Below the pieces are notes generated by a model. It searched no databases. It worked only from the letters and a program-made list of their open reading frames with translations, and had not been told where the DNA came from. Position numbers and translations under genes: made by a program. Source: an uncultured Gemmatimonadales bacterium (lineage in GTDB: Bacteria; Gemmatimonadota; Gemmatimonadetes; Gemmatimonadales; GWC2-71-9). Taken from it: DNA of 64,000 nucleotides. The stretch lies in the NCBI GenBank assembly GCA_963798915.1, contig CAWCVB010000001.1, positions 256,001 to 320,000 of the forward strand, written 5' to 3'. Shown here in pieces: positions 10,859-21,169 of the stretch. Each line of letters opens with the position of its first letter. Position 1 is the first letter of the stretch.

Positions 10859-11551
10859 GTGGGAAGAAAGTTCTTGAGCGCGGCGGCAGCCGCGGTGGTG
10901 ATTCTGCTGGCTCCTGCCAGCCGAGCGGCGGCCGGGAGTGAGCCGTCCATGCTCACGCGTCACAGCGTGCGCGTGCTGCACTCGTCCCGCTCGGAAGCGT
11001 TGGCCAGCGCGGCCGCCGCCGCGGGGCTCCGCTCCACCGTGCTGGATGCAGCCTTGGCAGCGCGCGAGCGCGTGGTCGCTGATGGCGGCACCTCGAGTGC
11101 ACTCCTCACGGTCATTGACTTCACGCTTCCCTCGCGTGAAAAGCGACTCTGGGTACTGGACATCGACCGGGACAGTGTCCTGGCCCGGGAACTGGTGGCC
11201 CATGGCCGTAACAGCGGCGGCGATCTCGCCACCCATTTTTCCAATGCGCCCGGCAGTAACGCGTCGAGCCTCGGCACCTTCGTCACGGGCCGCACGTACG
11301 TCGGCGCGCACGGATTGTCCCTTCGGCTGCGCGGACTGGATCACGGTCTAAACGACAATGCCTATGCACGCGCCATCGTGATTCACGGCGCCGAGTACGT
11401 CAACCCTGACATCGTGCAATCACTGGGGCGGCTGGGCCGGAGCCTGGGATGCCCGGCCCTCGCCCCGAATGTCGCTCCGCGCATCATCGACCTGATCAAG
11501 GACGGGACGGTGGTGTTTGCCTACGGCGAGATGGCGGGAACTCAAAGCTGA
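10859..11551 (+). CDS. Murein L,D-transpeptidase catalytic domain protein (YkuD_2-like)
   Basis: VIDFTLPS..KRLW, VAHGRNSG, RAIVIHGA, GRSLGCPA. Confidence 0.9.
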   Translation: MGRKFLSAAAAAVVILLAPASRAAAGSEPSMLTRHSVRVLHSSRSEALASAAAAAGLRSTVLDAALAARERVVADGGTSSALLTVIDFTLPSREKRLWVLDIDRDSVLARELVAHGRNSGGDLATHFSNAPGSNASSLGTFVTGRTYVGAHGLSLRLRGLDHGLNDNAYARAIVIHGAEYVNPDIVQSLGRLGRSLGCPALAPNVAPRIIDLIKDGTVVFAYGEMAGTQS

Positions 11552-11563
11552 CGAACTAGCCAA

Positions 11564-13456
11564 CTACCCCAGCAGATCCTCGAGGCCCGCCGTGCGCAGC
11601 AGTCTGGCGTAACGTGAATCGCGCGCCAGGCCGTGGTGATCATAGGGGAAATCGGTCAGCACCCGTCGCAGCCGCCCCGGCCGGTTGTAGTAGCTCCGCT
11701 CCACCCAGTCCATTGCCCGGGTCCATTCACCCAATTCCGCGTGAAGAATGATGAGCCGGTCGGCCAGTTGCCGGCTGGTGCGCTCCTCCGCGAAGGGATC
11801 TTCGTGTTTGGCCTGCTCCTCCAGCGCGGCCAGATCGCGCCGCAGGTCCCGCTCGCGGGCCTGCGCCCATCCATGCTCCTGCACTTCCGTGGCCAGCAGC
11901 GCGGCCCGCTGCTGCTCACCGCGCACGCCGAGCAGCATCCGGCGTGCATCGAGCGCTTCCTCGTGGCGACCGGCGCGATGGCAGCTCATTTCCAGTCGTT
12001 CCAGGGCGGCCTCGTAGCCGGGCGCAAGGCGCAAGGCTTCGCGCAGCGGTGAGATGGATTCATTATATCGTCCCAGCGCCATCAGGATGTCACCCAGCCC
12101 GACCCGCTGGAATGCCGCCCGTGGGGCAAGGTCCACCGCCACCCGCATCTGCTCAAGCGCCTCCGTCAGCCGTCCGGCGATCTTGAGCCACACAGCATAG
12201 AAGCGGCGCCCGCCCGGGTCGTTCGGCGCCAGTTCCACGGCCCGGCGCAGTTCCCGCCCGGCCTCCTCGAAGTCATCTTCCCAATAGAGGAAGTGGATAC
12301 CAAGCAGCGTGTGCACTTCCCCAAGGTTGTCGTCCAGCGCCAGCGCCGAGAGACACAATTCCTGCACCCGGCGGAATGCTTCCTCGCGCTCGACGAAACC
12401 GCGGGCACCTTGGGTCATCAGGACGGCCGCCAGGCTGACCAGGGCCAGCGCACTGGTCGGCATCGTGGTGCAGGCCTTCTCCAGGTAGACCCGCGCCATT
12501 TCCAGTCGAGGACGCATGGCGTCGCCACCCTGGATGGCGTTGGTGTTGAGTTCCCGCCCCTTGGCAATCAGCCGCGCTACTTCGGGAGGAAGCTCCGGCT
12601 GTACCGGCGCGACCGGTTGCGATACCCGGATGCTGGCAGTGGGGTGTTCGGCCGATGTATGCAGTTCCCGAAGGGAGCTGAGCACGCTGGCCGCGCTCGC
12701 CGGCCGCTCGTCCGGGCTCTTGGCCATGAGCTGGCGGCAGAGCCGGTCCAGCCGAGGATCCACTTCCGGCCGGGCCGTGCGCAGTGACGGGATGGGCGCG
12801 AGCACATGGGCGGCGAGCAACGCGGCGACGTTCGGACCGCTGAATGGTGGCTGGCCGGTCAGCAACTCGTAGGCGACGCAGCCCATGCTGTAGAGATCGG
12901 CCCGGCCGTCGGGGCGGTCGCCGGTAGCCTGCTCCGGGCTCATGTATGAGGAGGTACCCAGCACCAGTCCGGCCTGGGTCAGCGTCGCCGTGGACGAATC
13001 GGTGTTGAGGGCAATGCCGAAATCCGCGAGGATGGCACGGCCGCCGTACCAGAACACGTTCTCCGGCTTGAGGTCGCGGTGCACCACCCCCATGCCGTGG
13101 GCGTACGCGAGGGCTTCGGCCAGGTCCGAGAGGATCCGGATCACGTCTATCGAGGGTAACGGACCCTCGGCAACCAGCCGCTCCCGCAGCGTGCCGCTGT
13201 TGATGAACGGCATGACGTAGTAGAGCGATCCCTCACTCTCGCCGGAATCGAAGAGCGGGACAATGTTGGGATGGACCAACCGCGCGGTCAGGTGAATTTC
13301 GCGATGGAACCGGTCGGCGCCGATGGCCGACGACACCTCGGCGGACAGCAGCTTGATTGCCACCGGACGATCGAGCAGCTCGTCATGGGCCAGCAGCACC
13401 TGGCCCATACCTCCACGCCCAAGCTCACGCTCGATGTCGAAGCGATCGGACAGCAC
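11564..13456 (-). CDS. Hanks-type Ser/Thr protein kinase with TPR repeats
   Basis: LGRGGMG, VAIK, HRDLKPEN, DFG, YMSPEQ; TPR-like C-terminus. Confidence 0.95.
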   Translation of the reverse strand: MLSDRFDIERELGRGGMGQVLLAHDELLDRPVAIKLLSAEVSSAIGADRFHREIHLTARLVHPNIVPLFDSGESEGSLYYVMPFINSGTLRERLVAEGPLPSIDVIRILSDLAEALAYAHGMGVVHRDLKPENVFWYGGRAILADFGIALNTDSSTATLTQAGLVLGTSSYMSPEQATGDRPDGRADLYSMGCVAYELLTGQPPFSGPNVAALLAAHVLAPIPSLRTARPEVDPRLDRLCRQLMAKSPDERPASAASVLSSLRELHTSAEHPTASIRVSQPVAPVQPELPPEVARLIAKGRELNTNAIQGGDAMRPRLEMARVYLEKACTTMPTSALALVSLAAVLMTQGARGFVEREEAFRRVQELCLSALALDDNLGEVHTLLGIHFLYWEDDFEEAGRELRRAVELAPNDPGGRRFYAVWLKIAGRLTEALEQMRVAVDLAPRAAFQRVGLGDILMALGRYNESISPLREALRLAPGYEAALERLEMSCHRAGRHEEALDARRMLLGVRGEQQRAALLATEVQEHGWAQARERDLRRDLAALEEQAKHEDPFAEERTSRQLADRLIILHAELGEWTRAMDWVERSYYNRPGRLRRVLTDFPYDHHGLARDSRYARLLRTAGLEDLLG

Positions 13457-13608
13457 AGTTGAGTCCCGGAGGCATGTGACGGTCCAGGCGGTGGACCGGC
13501 CGAACTCATGAAGCTATGGAGCAGCGGCTGGTTGGCAAGGAGGGCTGGCCAGGCCTGACGTCCATCGGGATCCAGCCCGTGCGGGCACCATCCAGGTGAG
13601 CCGTGCGC

Positions 13609-14184
13609 TCACCTCATCCGTTTTCCCGTGTCGCGGTCCAGCTCCGCCCGCAATCCGTCCAGCAGCGGGTGGCCGGTCGTGTACATGCGGCCGTACTCGA
13701 GATTGAAGGCGTAGTCGAATCCGTCCGGGTTGTCCCCCTGGGTGTGTTGCAGGATCGTCTCCAGCTTGTCCAGCGCCTTGGCGAGCCGGGCCGCGGGCGT
13801 GCTTGCCGCCTCGTACTCATCCCACAGGGCCACAATTTCATCCCGGCGCGATGCCGGCAGCGGCTCCAGCAGCGTGAGGAGGTCTCGCCGCTCCTCGGCC
13901 GCCTTGCCGTCGGGAAGCTCGGCCTGCTCCGGCGCTGGCACATCGCCGCGAATGACCTCGCCAAGGTCATGGACCAGGCAAATGGAGAGAAGGTGACCCA
14001 GGTCCACCTCGGGAAAGTCGGGATGCACCAGCATGGCAAGCAAGGCGAGACGCCAACTGTGTTCGGCCGCGCTTTCCTGGCGGCCAGCCGACGTCCAGGC
14101 GTTGCGCAAGGTGTGCTTTAATCCCTCGGCACGACGAAGGAAATCAAGCACGGCAGCCGCGAGTGGAATGTGCACCATGCTCAT
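13609..14184 (-). CDS. HD domain phosphohydrolase (YfbR/HDDC2-like)
   Basis: ESAAEHSWR, HDLGE, DKLE. Confidence 0.9.
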   Translation of the reverse strand: MSMVHIPLAAAVLDFLRRAEGLKHTLRNAWTSAGRQESAAEHSWRLALLAMLVHPDFPEVDLGHLLSICLVHDLGEVIRGDVPAPEQAELPDGKAAEERRDLLTLLEPLPASRRDEIVALWDEYEAASTPAARLAKALDKLETILQHTQGDNPDGFDYAFNLEYGRMYTTGHPLLDGLRAELDRDTGKRMR

Positions 14185-14214
14185 GGCTCCTTGGGCATCG
14201 AGACCGGCCTCGTG

Positions 14215-14439
14215 CTAGACTGGCGGCGATTCGGCACCGAGCTCGATTTCGCCGTCGATGTTCATCATCTCGAGATAGCCCGGGATGGTCAACGTGGCGC
14301 GCACCGGCAAGGTCTCGGTGCCGGTCAGCGATCCTTGCTCGAGCCCGGCCGCCACGGCTCGTTCGATCTCGCGCTGGGCCGTGATCCCGAAACGCTTGAG
14401 AAACTTGCGAAGTTCGAGATTGAAATGTTCGTCGTTCAT
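14215..14439 (-). CDS. Small conserved protein (DUF6494-like)
   Basis: MNDEHFNLELRKFLKRFGITAQREIE pattern. Confidence 0.75.
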   Translation of the reverse strand: MNDEHFNLELRKFLKRFGITAQREIERAVAAGLEQGSLTGTETLPVRATLTIPGYLEMMNIDGEIELGAESPPV

Positions 14440-14445
14440 GGGGAT

Positions 14446-14550
14446 GGGGGGTTAGGGGTTGGGGGTTGGGGGTTGGGGGTTGGGGATTAGGGATTAGGGA
14501 CTCCGAATGTTATTCTCGCTCAACCCTGATCCCCAACCCCTGGCCCCAGG
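14446..14550. repeat. G-rich heptamer array (GGGGTTR/GGGATTA) with a degenerate inverted C-rich copy
   Basis: Read directly, between divergent genes. Confidence 0.85.
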
Positions 14551-14554
14551 CCCC

Positions 14555-15553
14555 ATGCTCTTCGTAGACAACGACAATGTCACCGATGCGCGACTCAACC
14601 TCGCCCTCGAGGAGTACGTCCTCCGCAACAAGATGACCGAGGAGGATATCCTCCTTTTCTACGTGAACAGCCCTTCCATCATCATCGGGCGGAACCAGAA
14701 CACCATCGAAGAGATCGACTCCGACGTGGTGGCGGCACGGGGCATCCAGGTGGTGCGGCGCATCTCCGGTGGCGGCGCGGTGTACCACGATCTGGGCAAT
14801 CTCAATTTCAGCTTCATGACCCGGGACGTCCACGGCCGCTTCAACCGCTACGATACGTTCAATGGACCGGTGGTCGAGGTGCTCCGGAGCCTGGGCGTGC
14901 CGGCCGAACTGAGCGGCCGGAACGACATTCTGGCCGGCGGGCGAAAGATCTCAGGCAACGCGCAGTTTGCAAGCGCCGGGCGGATGTTCAGCCACGGCAC
15001 TCTGCTGCTCGACGCCAATCTCGACGATGTCACGGCGGCGCTCCGGCCCAAACCGGGCAAACTGGAATCCAAGGCGATGAAGTCGGTCCGCAGCCGGGTG
15101 GCCAACATCAGCGAGTTCCTGACGTCGCCGCTCGATGTGCGTGAGCTCCGCGAGCTGATCATCGAGCGCATCTTCGGCAGCCGTGACCGGCGCCGCATAT
15201 CGCTGGTCACCCTCAGCGAGGAGGACCGCGCCGGTGTGCGCCAGCTTTTCGCCGAGCGGTACGACAGCTGGGACTGGAACTACGGCCAGAGCCCGCCGTC
15301 CAACCTGCAGCGGGCCCAGCGGTTTGGCGGCGGCGAGATCGACATGCGGCTGGACCTGCAGGAGGGCCGGATTGCAGCCATCCGCCTGTTTGGCGATTAC
15401 ATGGGCAGCGGCGACGTGGCCGAGGTGGAGAAACGGCTCATCGGTCTGCCTTACGACCGCGAGGCTATTGCCTCGGCGCTTGCCGACGTCGACCTCGGGA
15501 AGTATTTCGGGAAGATCGAGCGTGGGGAGGTCCTGAGCGTCATCTGTCCGTAA
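14555..15553 (+). CDS. lplA: Lipoate-protein ligase A
   Basis: IIGRNQN, RRISGGGAVYHDLGN, KISGNAQ, HGTLL, SVRSRV. Confidence 0.95.
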   Translation: MLFVDNDNVTDARLNLALEEYVLRNKMTEEDILLFYVNSPSIIIGRNQNTIEEIDSDVVAARGIQVVRRISGGGAVYHDLGNLNFSFMTRDVHGRFNRYDTFNGPVVEVLRSLGVPAELSGRNDILAGGRKISGNAQFASAGRMFSHGTLLLDANLDDVTAALRPKPGKLESKAMKSVRSRVANISEFLTSPLDVRELRELIIERIFGSRDRRRISLVTLSEEDRAGVRQLFAERYDSWDWNYGQSPPSNLQRAQRFGGGEIDMRLDLQEGRIAAIRLFGDYMGSGDVAEVEKRLIGLPYDREAIASALADVDLGKYFGKIERGEVLSVICP

Positions 15554-15572
15554 GAGAGACGAGCGTCGAGAG

Positions 15573-16133
15573 TCAAGCGCCTGATGCTCTCGACGCGCGA
15601 CGCTCGACGCTTGACGCGTCCTCCTCGTAGCTCAACTTCCCATTTACGATCTTCGCCGCCGATGTCCACGGGTGCGGCACCGCCTTGCCGGGGCCCATGA
15701 TGTGCAGCACTTCGAACCCCGCCCACTTCAGTGCATCAGCGATCATGCTGCGGTGGCAGCGCCACCAGACCGCCTCGGCGCACATGATCGCGGTCGGGAG
15801 GGCGCAGGCGAAGTCGGCGAGCGCCATCAGCGCCGCGGCAAACGCTTCCGTTTCCATGTAGTCGGCGTAGCCCCGGAAGGCGGCGTTTCGCCAGGCCGAG
15901 TTCACCGACTCGGGCGACGTCTTCCGTCGCCCGCCGAGTTCCGGCATCCAGCAGTAATCGATCCCGGCCAGTTCGACGCTCTGCCGCAGTGCCTCCATCC
16001 CGAACTGCGGCACGCGCCGCGATCCCGGGATGCTGCGCACATCCACCAGCAGCTCGATATCGTGCTCCAGGAGCAGCGCGAGAAATTCCTCGACGCCACG
16101 CGTCGAGTGGCCGATGGTGAATAGGGCGGGCAT
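15573..16133 (-). CDS. DUF488 family protein
   Basis: TIGHS, VDVRSIPGS, MCAEAVWWRCHR. Confidence 0.92.
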   Translation of the reverse strand: MPALFTIGHSTRGVEEFLALLLEHDIELLVDVRSIPGSRRVPQFGMEALRQSVELAGIDYCWMPELGGRRKTSPESVNSAWRNAAFRGYADYMETEAFAAALMALADFACALPTAIMCAEAVWWRCHRSMIADALKWAGFEVLHIMGPGKAVPHPWTSAAKIVNGKLSYEEDASSVERRASRASGA

Positions 16134-16136
16134 CGT

Positions 16137-16184
16137 GGGTCGAGGGTCGAGGGTCGAGGGTCGAGGGTCGAGGGTCGAGGGTCG
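16137..16184. repeat. Tandem heptamer (GGGTCGA) x~7
   Basis: Same unit at 32831-32864. Confidence 0.9.
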
Positions 16185-16279
16185 CGAAGATATTCCTCCT
16201 CCTCAGCGCGCCATGTGCGACCTTCGCCCCGCCTTCCCGCCGACCGTGCCCGTCTCGCCCGCCTTGCCCGCCTTGCCCG

Positions 16280-16675
16280 TCATGACAACGAGGCCGCTTT
16301 CGATATGCGGCCCCGGCGCAGCAGCCATCCGACAACTGCGCCAAGAACGGCATAGGGCAGCGCCCGGACGATCCCGAACCCCAACTCCGCAGGCCAGAGG
16401 TTGTGAGCCGACGGATCCTGGATTCCGTCAACGACTACACGCAGCATTATCGCCATCGGAACGGCTCCTGCCGTGACTAGCAGCGCGCGCCAGAAGCGCG
16501 CCTGTCCTGTCGCCACCAGCGCCAGCGCCAGGGCACCAACCGCAACCAGACTCCATGAGGCCAGCGCAGCGGCCAGAGTCAACTTGGAATATGGGATGCT
16601 CCAGTAGGGCAGCCCAACCAGCAGAGTCGCCGTGATGAAGGCGAGCAGGGACCACCAGTGACGTTCGCGTGGCAT
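16280..16675 (-). CDS. Hypothetical 4-TM membrane protein
   Basis: Hydrophobic segments, DPSAHNLWP motif; GGAG before ATG 16675. Confidence 0.7.
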   Translation of the reverse strand: MPRERHWWSLLAFITATLLVGLPYWSIPYSKLTLAAALASWSLVAVGALALALVATGQARFWRALLVTAGAVPMAIMLRVVVDGIQDPSAHNLWPAELGFGIVRALPYAVLGAVVGWLLRRGRISKAASLS

Positions 16676-16831
16676 GGTTGCTCCGGTAGGGCCGGTTGAC
16701 TGGCAGCGGTCGACGGTCAACGGTCGACCCATGACGTGCGGGCGCCCGGCGGCGCGCCCCTTACGCCTTACGCCTTACGCCGTTCCATTATATATACAAT
16801 TCCAGACCCCCGCATACCCCGGACACCGCCC

Positions 16832-18500
16832 ATGCGCACATTGCTGTCGAGCGCGGCTGCCGCCGCACTCCTGCTTCTCGCCCCGCCCCTGTCGGCCCAG
16901 GCATCCTTCACCTCCGACCCGGTGCTGCAACGGATCTGGGCCATCGGCATGGACAGCTCCCAGACCGATGCGCTGGCGCGCACCCTCTTCGATTCGCTCG
17001 GGCCCCGGCTCACTGGCTCGCCCGACCAGCGGCGTGCCAACGACTGGCTGGTCCGGATGTACAAGTCATGGGGCATCGACGCCCGGAATGAGCAGTACGG
17101 CACCTGGCGCGGATGGCGGCGTGGCTACTCGCATATCGACCTGATCTCGCCCCGCGTGCGCACCCTTGAAGGCATGATGCTCGCCTGGAGCCCTGGCACC
17201 GGCAAGCAGGACCTGACCGCCGGCACCATCATCCTGCCGCACTTCAAGGACTCAACCGACTTCGTCGCTGGCTGCCGCAGGCCAAGGGCAAGTTTGTACT
17301 GGTCGCGCCCGGGCGGCAGACCTGCCGGCCGGCGGAGGACTGGCGGGAGAACGCGACGCCGGAATCACTCAAGCGCGCGGCCGACCAGCGGCAAGCGTCG
17401 TTGACGAGTGGCGCGACCGGATCGCGGCCACCGGCTACAGCCTGGCGCTCGGCACCGGTTCCCTGGGCGTCCGCATGGAGCAGGCCGGCGTGGCCGGCTT
17501 CCTCACCTCGCGGCCCAAGGATGGCTGGGGCACCATCGAGATCTTCGAGACGTACGACACCATCGCGCCCGCCGTGGCGCTCTCCTGTGAAGACTACGGG
17601 CTGGTCTATCGTCTCACGGAGGACAACCGGAACCCACAGGTGCGCATGAACCTCGACGCCGACCTGCTGGGCGAGCAGCCGGTGTTCAACACCATCGCCA
17701 CCATCCCGGGCTCGAGCAAGAAGAACGAATACGTGATGCTCTCGGCCCACTTCGATTCGTGGGATGGCTCATCCGGTGCCACGGACAACGGCACCGGCAC
17801 GCTCACCATGATGGAGGCGATGCGGATCCTTCGACTGGTGTATCCCCATCCCAAGCGCACCATCCTGGTGGGCCACTGGAGCAGTGAGGAGGAGGGGCTG
17901 GTCGGTTCGCGCGCCTTTACGGAAGATCATCCCGAAATCGTGAAGGGACTGCAGGTCCTGCTCAACCAGGACAACGGCACCGGGCGGATCGTGCGGGCGG
18001 GCGGCGGTGGGCTGCCGGACGCCGCAGCACACCTGGAACGCTGGATTGGGATGCTGCCGCCGATGTACAAGGAGCAGATCAATTTCGGCGGCGCTGGGCT
18101 GCCCGGTGGCGGCGGCAGCGACCACGCCTCATTCTCCTGCTATGGCGCGCCGGCTGTCGAGCTTGGCGGTCTCAGCTGGGATTACGGCAACTACACCTGG
18201 CACACCAATCGCGATACCTACGACAAGATTGTGTTTGACGATCTCAAGTCCAACGCCACGCTCTTTGCGATGCTCGCATACCTCGCGTCGGAAGATCCCT
18301 CGACCGTGGGACGCGAGCGGGTGGATCTCAAGGCACTCGCCGCGGCGCGGGAAGCACTGGCCGATTCCGCCCGTGCCAATCCTGCTGATTCGACGCTGGC
18401 GCGCCGGGCCGGGCTGGGCCGGGGCCGTTTCTTCCGGGTCCCGACCGAATGGCCGGAATGCCAGAAGGCACCACGCAGCACGAATCCGAGATTGAAGTAG
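16832..18500 (+). CDS. Secreted M28 family metallopeptidase, two frameshifts (~17268, ~17398)
   Basis: Signal peptide, GPRLTGS, SAHFDSWD, GATDNGTG, SEEEGL, SDH, WHT; split over three frames. Confidence 0.85.
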
Positions 18501-18505
18501 GGCTT

Positions 18506-18735
18506 GCGGTCAACAGTCGACGGTCGACGGTCGACGGTCGACGTGAAACCGACTAGGCTCCGGTTTGTCATCCTGAGCGAAGCGAAGGATCTGCTCACCC
18601 GTCTCCATGGCCAGGCGAATAGATCCTTCGCCCGCTTCGCGGGCTCAGGATGACAATTCCTCGACTCACCTCCCTCGTCCTCGTCCTCGTCCGCCGAGCC
18701 GCCCAGCCGTTGACTGTTGACCGTCGACCATCGAC
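18506..18735. repeat. Nested repeat: GGTCGAC array, family B palindromic element (18566-18655), inverted array
   Basis: TGTCATCCTGAG...CTCAGGATGACA with inner GAAGGATCT/AGATCCTTC, between convergent peptidases. Confidence 0.85.
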
Positions 18736-18736
18736 T

Positions 18737-20156
18737 CTACCAATGCCCCAAACGCTCCGGCATTTCCGCCAGTTCCCACGCCGTGACCGCCACTGCCGTC
18801 GCGGCCTGGGTGAGCTGCTCCGGCCTCACCCGGTCGAAGGTATCATATTGGCTGTGGTGCGTGACGCTGAAATAGTCGAGCGCGTCCTGGATGGCGAAGA
18901 ATGCCGGCACGCCCGCCTCCGTGAATGACGCATGGTCGGAATCTCCTGATCGCTCGAGCGGCAGCTCGTTCACGCCGAGATCATTGAGCGGTGCGATCGC
19001 ACGGGCCATCAGCGGGCGAGCGTCTTCCCGTCCCTGCAGCGCCCAGCCACGGACTTTGCCGGTGCCGAGATCGAGAACCAGCACTGCCTGGATGCTGTCC
19101 AGCTCCGCCCTGTGCGCTTCGACGTAGGCCTTGGACCCCCAGTGGCCCTCTTCCTCGCCTGAAAAGAGCACCACCCGGATGGTGCGCTTCGGGCCTGAGC
19201 CCTGAGGCCTTGATGGCGCGCAGCGCCTCCATCACCGAGGCCACGCCTGTCCCGTTGTCGGTGGCGCCGGTGCCAAGATCCCACGAGTCAATGTGCCCGC
19301 CGATGATGACGACCTCACCGGGCTTCTCGCTTCCTGGTACTTCGCCGATGGTGTTGTACTGCTGCACCGGCTGCCTGGACGTGGTGCCTGGCAGGTTGAT
19401 CTCAAGTGTCACGCGTTCACCGCGAGCCGCCGAGCGCCGAAGCAGCAGATAGTCATTCCGGGACATGAAGGCATAGGGAATCTGCGGCGCCCAGCGACCG
19501 AGGCGCCAGACCGGGCCGCCGGTCATGGTCATGCCTTCGTTCTTGCCGGCGTTAGTGATGAACGCGAGGGCGCCTTCGTCTTTCATGGCCGTGGCAAGTT
19601 TCACCCGTACCGCATCATACGCGGCGCTGTCGGGTCCGAGGGGCGGCATCTCACCGAAGGTGACGATCTTGCCCTTGAACTGGCCGAAATACCTGTCGAG
19701 CCCTGCTGTGGTCTGCGACTCCACCACCAGCAGGTCGCCGCGCACTGTCCCCTTGGTGGCAGCTGACCAGCCGGCGGCCGCCAGGGTGAGCGCCTTGCCA
19801 TTCTGGGTGAGCAGGCGGGCGCTGGCCTCGCCGCGGGTCCAGGCACGGGGAAAGTCATACCCCTCTTCATGCACGTTGCTGGCACCGAACTTCGTCATGG
19901 TGCTCTCGGCCCATGCATGCGCATGCGCGATCTGCGGCGACGTGGTGAGCCGAGGCCCGATGACGTCGGCCAGGTATTCCGTCCATGCCACCGCCTGCTG
20001 ATGCTCGGCCATTTCACGGATGAGGCGCGCCGTGGCCGTCGTGTCCGACGCGGCGACTGCCGTGGCGCCGGGCCGGGAGGCCGGCGGCGGGGCCTGGGCA
20101 GCGAGGGGAGCGGCGGCGAGCGTGAGGGCGAGCAGGAGTGGGAGCTTGAGGTTCAT
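18737..20156 (-). CDS. Secreted M28 family metallopeptidase, frameshift near 19191
   Basis: GPRLTTS, GGHIDSWD, GATDNGTG, then FSGEEEG, SDH, HHS in the second frame. Confidence 0.88.
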
Positions 20157-20165
20157 TAGTCCTTG

Positions 20166-20258
20166 GTCGTCAGTCGTCAGTCTTCAGTCGTCAGTCATCA
20201 GTCGTCAGTCATCAGTCGTCAGTCGTCAGTCGTCAGTCATCAGTCATCAGTCTTCAGC
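20166..20258. repeat. Tandem heptamer CAGTC(G/A/T)T x~13
   Basis: Fills the intergenic space. Confidence 0.9.
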
Positions 20259-20976
20259 TTTCCAGCCTTCTGATCCGAATATTCCTCAGCATCAGCCGGC
20301 CGTTGTGGTCGCCCTGTACCGCGATCACGCCGCGGGGCAGCCTGCCGTAATCGACCCAGTCGGCAAACTTGCTGGCCTTGACCTTGGCCCACCAGTCGTC
20401 GCTGCCGAGCACGTAGGACAGCAGCTTGGTGCCATTGAGCCAGTGCTCCACACTGTCGCCCTTCACGACGATACGCGCTGTGTTCCACTCTCCCAGCGGA
20501 TTGAGGTGGCCCGGCGGGGAGGGATAGAGTCCGTAGGCAGCGCCGGCCGAGGTGAGGCGGCTGGCTCCGTCGGGCGCGTTGGCGTCATCCAGCAACTGAT
20601 ACTCCGGCGCCGTCCAGTAGATGTGCTCGTACCCCTCGTTGCCACGATAGAAGATGCCGGCATTTCCACCCTTGGTCAGCTGCCAGTCCATGACCAGCTC
20701 GAAATCGCGAAATGTGTCGCGGGTGACAATATCTTCGACGCTGGAATCCTTGACGACCATCCCGCTATCCACTCGCCACCCCACCGGCGCCGAGTCGGTC
20801 TGGTACCCGCGCCACTTATCGAGGGTCTTGCCATCGAAGAGCAGGGTCCAGCCGGAATCGCGCTGTGCCTGGGTGAGGGTATTGGGTCCGGTGGCGACGG
20901 CAGCCGCCTCAGGGGCCGGCTTGGAGCAGGCGGCTAGCGCAAATCGCAGTGAGCAGGGCGGGCAGTCGTAGTGCAT
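20254..20976 (-). CDS. DUF1080 (3-keto-disaccharide hydrolase) lipoprotein
   Basis: LAAC lipobox, GWTLLFDGK, GNAGIFY, EYQLLDD, GEWN, QGDH. Confidence 0.9.
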   Translation of the reverse strand: MHYDCPPCSLRFALAACSKPAPEAAAVATGPNTLTQAQRDSGWTLLFDGKTLDKWRGYQTDSAPVGWRVDSGMVVKDSSVEDIVTRDTFRDFELVMDWQLTKGGNAGIFYRGNEGYEHIYWTAPEYQLLDDANAPDGASRLTSAGAAYGLYPSPPGHLNPLGEWNTARIVVKGDSVEHWLNGTKLLSYVLGSDDWWAKVKASKFADWVDYGRLPRGVIAVQGDHNGRLMLRNIRIRRLES

Positions 20977-21037
20977 TGTGTTCCTCGAATGGAGCGTAGG
21001 CAGACGCGGGACACGCGACTCGAAACCTCGCATATCG

Positions 21038-21133
21038 CGTCACCCCGGTGAAAACCGGGGTCCATGAGGGCTTCGGTCATGGCGACTCATACCGGGTGGG
21101 CCCTCATGGATTCCTGCTTCCGCAGGAATGACG
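21038..21133. repeat. Complete family A element (four-way-junction palindrome)
   Basis: CGTCA/TGACG outer stem, two hairpins and a TCCATGAGGG/CCCTCATGGA stem. Confidence 0.85.
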
Positions 21134-21169
21134 GAGGGTGCGAACTGGCCCGTCGAGCCGCCGAGCCCG

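Noticed and set aside
21038..21133. tRNA, because of the cloverleaf-like fold
   Set aside because: No T-loop GTTCRA, D-loop or CCA end; arms recur as dispersed repeats
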